This document shows, piece after piece, positions 25,011 through 32,000 of a stretch of DNA of 32,000 nt. Under the pieces are notes generated by a model that ran no database searches, was not told where the DNA came from, and was given only the letters and a program-made list of their open reading frames with translations. The DNA is from Pseudanabaena sp. UWO311 (GTDB lineage: Bacteria; Cyanobacteriota; Cyanobacteriia; Pseudanabaenales; Pseudanabaenaceae), in contig NZ_SJEE01000026.1 in assembly GCF_006937785.1 (NCBI RefSeq), positions 1-32,000 on the forward strand. The letters are read 5' to 3'. The translations under genes were made by a program, and so were the position numbers. Position 1 is the stretch's first letter, and every line of letters starts with the position of its first letter.

Positions 25011-25535
25011 ATGAAAAAAAGAGATTTGTTACTAACTGGAGTATCGCTCATTGGGGGGGCTTGGCTATACCAATTTTGGCAGAAATCCACCGATTCTTTA
25101 CCCACAGACTCAGCGATCGCAGTAGACTCAACTAAAGCAACTAAGAGATATGAAATCATGAAAACCGAAGAAGAATGGAAACAAACTCTTACTCCAGAAC
25201 AGTTTCGTGTTTTACGAAAACATGGCACTGAGCGCTCCTTTAGCAGTCCTCTCGATAAGGAATATAGCAAAGGAGCCTATAACTGTGCTGGTTGCGACTT
25301 ACCACTATTTACCTCTGACACCAAGTTCAACAGCCGCACTGGTTGGCCGAGCTTTTTTGCACCAATTGAAGGTGCGATCGCAACTACAACTGATAATTCT
25401 CTGTTTATGAAGCGAGTTGAAGTCCATTGCAGCCGATGTGGTGGACATTTAGGACATGTCTTTGATGATGGACCAAAGCCAACAGGACAGCGCTATTGCA
25501 TGAATGGAGTTTCTCTCAAATTCGTTCCTGCTTAG
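25011..25535 (+). CDS. msrB: Peptide-methionine (R)-S-oxide reductase MsrB with an N-terminal signal/anchor
   Basis: SelR domain with two CxxC pairs (CAGCDLPLF, CSRCGGHLGHVF) and the catalytic RYCMNG motif. The N-terminus MKKRDLLLTGVSLIGGAWLY is hydrophobic. Confidence 0.85.
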   Translation: MKKRDLLLTGVSLIGGAWLYQFWQKSTDSLPTDSAIAVDSTKATKRYEIMKTEEEWKQTLTPEQFRVLRKHGTERSFSSPLDKEYSKGAYNCAGCDLPLFTSDTKFNSRTGWPSFFAPIEGAIATTTDNSLFMKRVEVHCSRCGGHLGHVFDDGPKPTGQRYCMNGVSLKFVPA

Positions 25536-25543
25536 CCTGAGCG

Positions 25544-25594
25544 AAACTAAAACCAAAAACGTAGTGCAAAGCACTACGTTTTTGGTTTTAGTTT
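25544..25594. terminator. Bidirectional hairpin terminator between msrB and tpsB
   Basis: 24-bp perfect stem aaactaaaaccaaaaacgtagtgc / gcactacgtttttggttttagttt. Confidence 0.75.
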
Positions 25595-25626
25595 CCATTT
25601 AAGAATTGCTTTCTATGGTTTCTAAA
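25595..25626. repeat. Collapsed (solo-ends) copy of the 2096-2227 element
   Basis: ccatttaagaatt (25595-25607) is identical to 2096-2108. atggtttctaaa (25615-25626) is identical to 2224-2235. The two are joined here by only 7 nt. Confidence 0.55.
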
Positions 25627-27355
25627 ATTGGTAACCGATGCTGAAATAGAGAGAAGACTCTTGCAGATTAGAACCGCGATCGCTAAGGTTAACAAATGGA
25701 AGTGTATAATCAAGCCGTAGGTTTAGCCGTTTAACTGGCTCGTATAGAATGCCCAATCCACCACCAGCTAAAAAGTTTTGACTAGGAAGCAAATTGAGGT
25801 TTCTAGAATTATTCCAAACTGTACCGAGATCGACAAAAGGAGCTAACTGGAGAACTGTACGACCATCCTCATTTCGCGCCACCACAAATCGACTCTCCAA
25901 TGACAAGCGAATCCCATTGTCACCCGATCGCGCATTTTGACGGAAGCCACGTAACGATTGACCACCACCAATCACAAACTGCTGTGATGGTAAAAGCGGA
26001 TCAGCCGAGAGTTGAGTATCTAAAGAACCGATCAAAATCGTATCAGTTCCCAGAACCTGAACTCGTTGAATTTGTCCCAACCAGCTTAAGAAAGCAGCAC
26101 TGGGACTGGTAACATAAGTTGCACCAAATAGCCCTGTACCGAGACTAAACTGCGATCGCAAAGACCAAACTCCTTCAGTATCACGACTAGTATAGTCTTG
26201 CCCAAACTTAAATATACTAGTACGGCTAGTTCCATCGGATTCTGGCCCAATTCCAAATGGCACAGCTAGATCGTTAAATAGGAAAGTCTGACCTCTTTGA
26301 TATTCATAACCTAGAGACAGTGCAAATTCTTCACGGAGAGAGCGAATTAAGGGTTGGCGATAAGTTGCAGCATAAACTTCACTATTGCCGCGAATATTGA
26401 AAGCATCAAATGGTGACTGGGTAATGCGATAGTTACTAGGTGCAAACCGTAGCGAGACAGTTCCATTCATCGGATTGACGGGAACACTAAAACCAAAATC
26501 ATATTGGTTAGAGCCGCCTGTTGTGGTTCTGGAATAATTGGCTGTAAATACATCTCCCAATCCAAAGAGATTGCGATAATTTAGCCCTACTCCCATGCGT
26601 TCAGACCCAACCGCAGGAGCAGAGAAGTTATCGAAACTGACAGAACCTGCAAATTGATTTGCTTCCACTACTGTAATTGTGAGAATACTCAAGCCAGCTT
26701 TGCTACCAGCTTTGAGATTAGCATCAAAACTTTTAAAATTGGGATCGGCACGTAAGAGTCGCAGTTGATCTTCGAGTTTATTGGTGTTGAGGGCAGTACC
26801 AATTCCTAGCTCAGTTCGCGATCGCACGTAGTCTGGATTAAGGGCATTAACGCCGATAATTTCGATTTTTTCGACTTTTCCTTCTAAAACTTGAATCTTG
26901 GCAATGCCATCAACGACGCTTTGAGGTGTGTATAGGGCTTGAGAGGTGACGTAGCCATTCTTGATGTAGAGTTGAGTAATGGCATTGGCAGCATCTGTTA
27001 GTTGTTCTTCGGTAACTGATTTACCTTCGAGTGGTTTGATGATGGGTTCGAGTTTAGTCGCATCGAAAACTGTGCTGCCAATAACTTCAATTTTTTTAAT
27101 GGGAATTGCTTGAGAAATTTCAGTTTGAGAAGTTTGAGAAGGAGAAGTTAAAGGAGAAGAAGCTATTTCTTTTGAAGGGATAGAACTAATTGATGGGGAA
27201 GATGTTAATGCTGTAGAAACTGGATTAGCACTAACCGATAACCTGCCATCTGTCGCTACCAATGCAAGGGTAGAAAGTCCTAATAATACTGAATGGATTC
27301 TTTCTATCTTGAACTTTAATTTCGTTGTTTTTACTTGCATGGTTACTATCTTCAC
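25622..27355 (-). CDS. TpsB outer-membrane transporter (ShlB/FhaC/HecB family, POTRA + beta-barrel)
   Basis: Signal peptide; POTRA pattern IKKIEVIGSTVF...EEQLTDAANAITQLYIKNGYVTSQAL...IQVLEGKVEKIEIIG; C-terminal beta-strand-rich barrel ending in ...YFSIGYQF. Confidence 0.85.
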   Translation of the reverse strand: MKIVTMQVKTTKLKFKIERIHSVLLGLSTLALVATDGRLSVSANPVSTALTSSPSISSIPSKEIASSPLTSPSQTSQTEISQAIPIKKIEVIGSTVFDATKLEPIIKPLEGKSVTEEQLTDAANAITQLYIKNGYVTSQALYTPQSVVDGIAKIQVLEGKVEKIEIIGVNALNPDYVRSRTELGIGTALNTNKLEDQLRLLRADPNFKSFDANLKAGSKAGLSILTITVVEANQFAGSVSFDNFSAPAVGSERMGVGLNYRNLFGLGDVFTANYSRTTTGGSNQYDFGFSVPVNPMNGTVSLRFAPSNYRITQSPFDAFNIRGNSEVYAATYRQPLIRSLREEFALSLGYEYQRGQTFLFNDLAVPFGIGPESDGTSRTSIFKFGQDYTSRDTEGVWSLRSQFSLGTGLFGATYVTSPSAAFLSWLGQIQRVQVLGTDTILIGSLDTQLSADPLLPSQQFVIGGGQSLRGFRQNARSGDNGIRLSLESRFVVARNEDGRTVLQLAPFVDLGTVWNNSRNLNLLPSQNFLAGGGLGILYEPVKRLNLRLDYTLPFVNLSDRGSNLQESSLYFSIGYQF

Positions 27356-27606
27356 ATTGATTCCTCACCGACAGCCAAAAAGTTAGTATATTTCAGTCTC
27401 AATTACGCGATGTGCAACTAAAAGTCTGAAAGCCCTGATTTCTCATACTGCACTGATAAGCAGTTTACACTTCAGGTAGCTCAAACAACCTAAGAGAAAT
27501 GGCTCAAAATATAGTTATCGCGTCTTAATTTGGATATTTTTGAAAAATCATAGTATAAAATTATCTTATTAAATCCCAGTCAAATTTTGGTGTGTGGTTG
27601 AAGATT

Positions 27607-30600
27607 ATGATGAAGCCAACCTGGGGAAAGTATTGGGCAATCACTGCCGCAATTATCGCAATGTCTCCAGCATTGCTGACAGCGCCCGTCACAGCACAAC
27701 CAATCACTGCTGCGCAAGATGGAATGAACACCGTCGTATTGCCAAATGGACAGCAGTTTGACATTACAGGCGGCACTCAAGCAGGAGCCAATCTCTTCCA
27801 TAGCTTTCAGCAATTTGGCTTAAGTCAAGGACAAATTGCCAACTTCCTGAGTCAACCAAACATTCAAAATATTCTCGGTCGCGTCGTTGGCGGTGATCCT
27901 TCCGTTATCAATGGCTTAATCCAACTCACAGGCGGAAATTCTAATCTCTACATCATGAATCCCGCAGGTGTGATTTTGGGAACCAATGCGAGCTTAAACG
28001 TTCCTGCTTCTTTTACTGCTACGACTGCCAATGGAATCCAAGTTGGGAATAGTTGGTTTGGGATGAATACGATCGCCAGCGATCTCAAGAATCTGACAGG
28101 AACTCCTAATGCTTTTGCTTTCACTAGTCCTTCTACTACCGTCCAAAATCAAACATCAGGAGTAATTGTCAATCAAGGCAATCTCAACGTTTCGGAAGGA
28201 AAAAGCATTACTCTCGTTGGTGGGATTGTGATCAATACAGGGACTATTGCATCTCCTAATGGCAATATCAATATTGTGGCAGCACCCAATGGCAAATATG
28301 TGCGGATCACGACTGAAGGTGGTGTGCTGAGTTTTGACTTGCCGATCGCAACTCAGCAGGAGTTGGGCAGTAAGACCCCGATCGCAGGGATTGATTTGCC
28401 GAAGTTGCTGGCTGGTTCGGGGATTGTTGCACCGACAAAGGCAGGGGAGGCGATCGCAACAGGTAATCTCACGGCCGCTAATATCAATGTCCTTGCTAAT
28501 CGCTATGACACGACTCAAGCTTCTCTGAATGCTGCGAATATCCAACAAGGTTGGAATTTTGTGTTTATTGACAGCACGGTTAAGGATTATCAAACATTAC
28601 TAAATGGCACTAATGGCGGTAGTAGTGTGACGGTGATTAATCCAGACCAATATGGGATTGCTCAGGTCACGGCAACTTTGGCTACGGTGACTGGTGCGAA
28701 TAGTTTGCATATTGTGTCTGAGGGTGATGTTGGTAATTTCTGGCTGGGTAAAGATTTTGTCAGTACTGAGAATATTGCTAGATATGCCAACGATCTTCAA
28801 GCATGGAAAACTTCTTTATCACCTGCGGCGAATATTTTGCTCTATGCCTGTAATTTGGCTAGTGGAGAGAATGGGGCGGCGCTTGTGCAAGCAGTGAAAC
28901 ACTATACGGGGCGTGAGGTAGCGGCTTCGACTGACTTGACGGGTAGCAGTAAGCTTGGTGGTAACTGGAATCTGGAATATCAGACTGGGAAACTGAATAC
29001 GGGTGTGGCGTTTAGTAACGATGCTCAGAATAGTTATAACGGTCGTCTGGCTACCTTTACGGCTACAAATATTAATGATGCTGGCGCAGGGTCTTTGAGA
29101 CAAGCGATTTTTGATGCTAATGTTTCACTAGGTGCTGATGACATTCGGTTTGACCCGAATGTGTTTAATGGTGCTCAAGCAGCGATTACTTTAGCAACAA
29201 CCTTGAATATTAATACCTTTACTGGAGGTCTAACCATCAGTGGTGCATTTGGAGCCAGCAATGTAACGGTGAGTGGCAATAATGCGGTGCGCGTGTTTAA
29301 TATCACGGGTATTGGCAATACCACGTTTGATAGTTTAAGGATTGTTAATGGAACAGTAGCAGGCAATGGTGGAGGGATAAATAACAGTGGCGGCGGAGCT
29401 GTGACGCTCACCAATAGCACTGTGTCGGGTAATACTGCTTCTAACTTTGGTGGTGGAATTTTTAGCAATGGATCAGTGACGCTCACCAATAGCACTGTGT
29501 CGGGTAATACGGCTGTGGTTTTCGGCGGTGGGATTTTCGGCAATGGATCAGTGACGCTCACCAATAGCACTGTGTCGGGTAATACGGCTGTGGTTTCAGG
29601 TGGTGGGATTTATAGCGATGGATCAGTGACGCTTACCAATAGCACTGTGTCGGGTAATACGGCTATTAATGATGCTGGTGGTGGGATTTTTGGCGTAGAT
29701 GTGACGCTCACCAATAGCACTGTGTCAGGTAATACGGGGGACGGTGGTGGTGCGATTGTAGGCTTTGGAGCTGTGACCCTAACCAACAGTACAGTGTCGG
29801 GTAATACAGCAACTTTTGATGGTGGTGGGATTTTTGGCTTGAATGGAGGCACAATTACCAACAGTACTATTACAAACAATACTGCCGATGCAGATAACAA
29901 TGGTTCAGGCAATGGTGGCGGTATTTTCCGCGAGATCAACGGCACATTTACAATTATAAATTCGATTATTGCAGGTAATTTTGACCAAGGATTGCAGGCT
30001 CCTGACTTGGGTAGTAATGTTGCAGGAGTAGGTTTTACTAATGGCGGCAATAACTTAATCGGAGCAAACGATGGCTTTGCCGCCACATTTGCACCTAGCG
30101 CCCTCATCGGCACGATCGCAGCACCAGTCAATCCCCAACTTGCGCCCCTTGCCAACAATGGCGGCCCAACTCTAACCCATGCCCTTTTACCCAACAGCCC
30201 AGCCCTAAATGCAGGGAATAACGCCAACGCCCCAGTAGGTAACGATCAACGCGGCTTACCCCGTATCTCTGGTATCGCGGTTGATATTGGTGCGTTTGAG
30301 GCTCAAGTTCCCTTAGTTGTAGCAACCCCAACTCCATCTCCAATTCCATCACCATCACCGATTTCAACTCCTAATATCGACCCATCTGTAGTGAGTCGGC
30401 AAAGCCCAGCGCAAAATATTTCCTTACCAACTGATGTGACTCCCATACTATCAACTGCGACTGACCAGACATTCTCTATCGAAAAATCTGCCTTAGCCAC
30501 ATCTCAACATCAGCAAGCCGATAAATTCCTCCAAACTGGTAACATAACAGAAGCAATAGTCAGTCTTGAATCTAGCTACATTTCAGAGCTAGAGGCTTAT

Positions 30601-32000
30601 ACTGGCATACCTTTAGCATCCACAACGGGTTTAACTGGCACAACTTCAACTACTCCAACTGGCACAACTTCAACTACTCCAACTGGCACAACTTCAACTA
30701 CTCCAACTGGCACAACTACTACTACTCCAACTGGCACAACTACTACTACTCCAACTGGCACAACTTCAACTATTTCAACTGGCACAACTTCAACTACTTC
30801 AACTGGCACAACTTCAACTACTCCAACTGGCACAACTACTAATACTTCAACTGACATAACTTCAACTACTCTAACTGGCGCAACTACTAAAGCCAAAGAG
30901 ATTATTGCAAATATTATAAACGAACTAAAAAGAACCTCAAAAATCACGAATAGCCCTACTGCGGTAGTTTATCCCGTGATTTTTGATGACCGTATTGAGA
31001 TTTTGGTTATATCTCCAAGTGGAAAGATAGTCCAAAAAACCAACGCAGATATCTCTAAACAGGTTCTATTAAAAGTAATTTCAGACTTTCGAGCCAACCT
31101 GCGGGATGCCAGTTCACAAGATTATCTGGGTGAAGCTCAAAAGCTAAATGATTGGATTGTCAAGCCAATTGAAACAACGCTGCAATCAGAAAAAATAGGT
31201 ACTATTGTTTTTGTGATGGATGGAGACTTACGAGTAATTCCAACAGCGACTCTCCATGATGGCGAAAAGTTTCTGGTTGAGAAATATGCGATCGCCAATG
31301 TACCCAGCTTTAGCTTAGCGAGATTAGAAGAACGAGATCGTAAAAACAGTCGTGTACTGGCGATGGGCTTAACCCAATCTGTGCAAGGGCTTTCAGCATT
31401 ACCTGCGGTAAATACGGAGATTAACAATATTGTCAGCAAAGATAATGCTCAATCATTATTAACAGGTAGTTCTTTTATTAACGAAGACTTTACCCTGATG
31501 AATATGCAAGCACAGAGAAAACAACAAGATTACGGCATCATTCATCTAGCTACACACGCTCAGTTTTTGAGCAATAAAGCTGACGGAGCATTCATTCAAT
31601 TTTTTGACGATCGCCTTAATATCAGACAAATTCCTAAACTCAATTTTGATAAACCTCAAGTCGAAATGTTGACATTGAGCGCTTGTGAGACCGCAGTGGG
31701 CAAAAATCTTGGTCTTGGAGGACTATCTGTAACTTCAGGTGTTCGTAGTGTTTTAGCTTCTCTCTGGCCAGTCAGTGATGCTGGCACTGTTCCTTTAATA
31801 TTGAGCTTTTACAGTCGCTTTTCCGATGCCCCAAGTAAAGCGGTTGCCTTACAAAAAGCCCAGTTATCAATTATAAGAGGCGAAGTTAAAATCGAAAACA
31901 ACAAAATCATTGGTATTCCTGGCTTACCAATAATTTCTCTACCTTCAGATAGCCCAAAAGATGTAAACCACCCATATTTTTGGTCTTCTTTTGTACTCAT
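27607..32000 (+). CDS. TpsA-type secreted giant protein (3' partial): TPS/haemagglutination domain, DUF4347-like, Pmp-like beta-helix repeats, choice-of-anchor-Q-like, Pro- and Thr-rich linkers, C-terminal CHAT (caspase-like) protease domain
   Basis: Hand translation of frame 1 from ATG 27607 to 32000 shows no stop. The ORF is absent from the track because it has no stop in the window. Signal peptide MMKPTWGKYWAITAAIIAMSPALLTAPVTAQP. TPS motifs ILGRVVGGDPSVINGLI and LYIMNPAGVILG. DUF4347-like FIDSTV...LHIVSEGDVGNFWLG...LLYACNLASGENG...GGNWNLEY. CHAT motifs IIHLATHA (His 31555-31557), LTLSACET (Cys 31684-31686) and HPYFWSSFVL at the window edge. Confidence 0.9.
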   Translation, partial: MMKPTWGKYWAITAAIIAMSPALLTAPVTAQPITAAQDGMNTVVLPNGQQFDITGGTQAGANLFHSFQQFGLSQGQIANFLSQPNIQNILGRVVGGDPSVINGLIQLTGGNSNLYIMNPAGVILGTNASLNVPASFTATTANGIQVGNSWFGMNTIASDLKNLTGTPNAFAFTSPSTTVQNQTSGVIVNQGNLNVSEGKSITLVGGIVINTGTIASPNGNINIVAAPNGKYVRITTEGGVLSFDLPIATQQELGSKTPIAGIDLPKLLAGSGIVAPTKAGEAIATGNLTAANINVLANRYDTTQASLNAANIQQGWNFVFIDSTVKDYQTLLNGTNGGSSVTVINPDQYGIAQVTATLATVTGANSLHIVSEGDVGNFWLGKDFVSTENIARYANDLQAWKTSLSPAANILLYACNLASGENGAALVQAVKHYTGREVAASTDLTGSSKLGGNWNLEYQTGKLNTGVAFSNDAQNSYNGRLATFTATNINDAGAGSLRQAIFDANVSLGADDIRFDPNVFNGAQAAITLATTLNINTFTGGLTISGAFGASNVTVSGNNAVRVFNITGIGNTTFDSLRIVNGTVAGNGGGINNSGGGAVTLTNSTVSGNTASNFGGGIFSNGSVTLTNSTVSGNTAVVFGGGIFGNGSVTLTNSTVSGNTAVVSGGGIYSDGSVTLTNSTVSGNTAINDAGGGIFGVDVTLTNSTVSGNTGDGGGAIVGFGAVTLTNSTVSGNTATFDGGGIFGLNGGTITNSTITNNTADADNNGSGNGGGIFREINGTFTIINSIIAGNFDQGLQAPDLGSNVAGVGFTNGGNNLIGANDGFAATFAPSALIGTIAAPVNPQLAPLANNGGPTLTHALLPNSPALNAGNNANAPVGNDQRGLPRISGIAVDIGAFEAQVPLVVATPTPSPIPSPSPISTPNIDPSVVSRQSPAQNISLPTDVTPILSTATDQTFSIEKSALATSQHQQADKFLQTGNITEAIVSLESSYISELEAYTGIPLASTTGLTGTTSTTPTGTTSTTPTGTTSTTPTGTTTTTPTGTTTTTPTGTTSTISTGTTSTTSTGTTSTTPTGTTTNTSTDITSTTLTGATTKAKEIIANIINELKRTSKITNSPTAVVYPVIFDDRIEILVISPSGKIVQKTNADISKQVLLKVISDFRANLRDASSQDYLGEAQKLNDWIVKPIETTLQSEKIGTIVFVMDGDLRVIPTATLHDGEKFLVEKYAIANVPSFSLARLEERDRKNSRVLAMGLTQSVQGLSALPAVNTEINNIVSKDNAQSLLTGSSFINEDFTLMNMQAQRKQQDYGIIHLATHAQFLSNKADGAFIQFFDDRLNIRQIPKLNFDKPQVEMLTLSACETAVGKNLGLGGLSVTSGVRSVLASLWPVSDAGTVPLILSFYSRFSDAPSKAVALQKAQLSIIRGEVKIENNKIIGIPGLPIISLPSDSPKDVNHPYFWSSFVL
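29401..29847 (+). repeat. 75-nt (25-aa) tandem coding repeats, Pmp-like beta-helix rungs
   Basis: The core gtgacgctcaccaatagcactgtgtcgggtaatac recurs at 29401, 29476, 29551, 29626 and 29701, with a diverged copy at 29773. It encodes VTLTNSTVSGNTA-x5-GGGIF. Confidence 0.9.
30634..30873 (+). repeat. 24-nt tandem repeat, about 10 units, encoding a TGTTSTTP Thr-rich linker
   Basis: The unit actggcacaacttcaactactcca is repeated head-to-tail with few substitutions. The antisense 'VVEVVPVG' ORF at 30597-30947 is its shadow. Confidence 0.95.

Noticed and set aside
27561-27813. Minus-strand ORFs 27561-27776 and 27580-27813
   Set aside because: They are antisense to the signal peptide/TPS-domain start of tpsA and lie partly in the divergent promoter. 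They have no motifs.
30634-30873. A regular 24-nt repeat array that could look like a CRISPR
   Set aside because: The units are directly abutting with no spacers, are in frame within a CDS, and encode a TGTTSTTP linker.
29175-30947. Long minus-strand ORFs (29175-29570, 29610-30227, 30128-30367, 30303-30500, 30597-30947) with repetitive Pro/Val-rich products
   Set aside because: They are antisense shadows of the tandem coding repeats of the plus-strand TpsA gene. The plus frame is open for more than 4.3 kb and has recognisable domains, whereas the minus ORFs are low-complexity and fragmentary.

Overview
This is a cyanobacterial chromosomal window. The HIP1 octamer GCGATCGC is scattered through most of it, and NDH-1MS and phycobilisome genes are present.

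(1) 0.25-8.8 kb holds the low-CO2-type ndhF3-ndhD3-cupA-cupS operon. Nested-palindrome, MITE-like elements sit in two of its spacers. A 938-aa FeS-membrane/HEAT-like/cNMP-binding protein follows the operon.

(2) 8.8-16.2 kb is an accessory, conflict-type island.
- It starts with a translationally coupled three-gene module: a small protein with a hydrophobic N-terminus, a DUF29-like protein, and an NB-ARC STAND/NLR-like ATPase.
- The 3' half of the NB-ARC gene is a strongly AT-rich mosaic that encodes TPR-like repeats, a second P-loop (GTPase) and a glycine-zipper tail.
- That gene is split by a +1 frame change at an A8 run.
- After it come decayed TPR-gene tails, an Rpn-family nuclease gene that truncates parE, an orphan parD, phd/yefM with a truncated relE-like toxin, a duplicated cassette junction, and a small-protein/HNH pair.

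(3) 17.0-21.5 kb is a minus-strand cluster: DUF1772, an ECF42-type sigma factor, three YciI/DGPF paralogues, DUF1579 and a VOC protein.

(4) 21.9-25.5 kb holds a TgpA-like transglutaminase-fold protein that lacks the catalytic Cys and His, then apcD, then msrB with an N-terminal signal/anchor.

(5) 25.6-32.0 kb is a divergent two-partner-secretion pair. The TpsA cargo (27607 to beyond 32000, more than 1460 codons) is missing from the supplied ORF track because it has no stop codon in the window. I translated it by hand and found no stop. Its domain order is TPS domain, DUF4347-like, Pmp-like beta-helix repeats, Thr-rich VNTR, then a CHAT (caspase-like) protease domain.

The best candidates for an undescribed system are the NLR-like module at 8.9-13.0 kb and the secreted CHAT protease. 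All family assignments come from motif recognition by eye; no database search was run.
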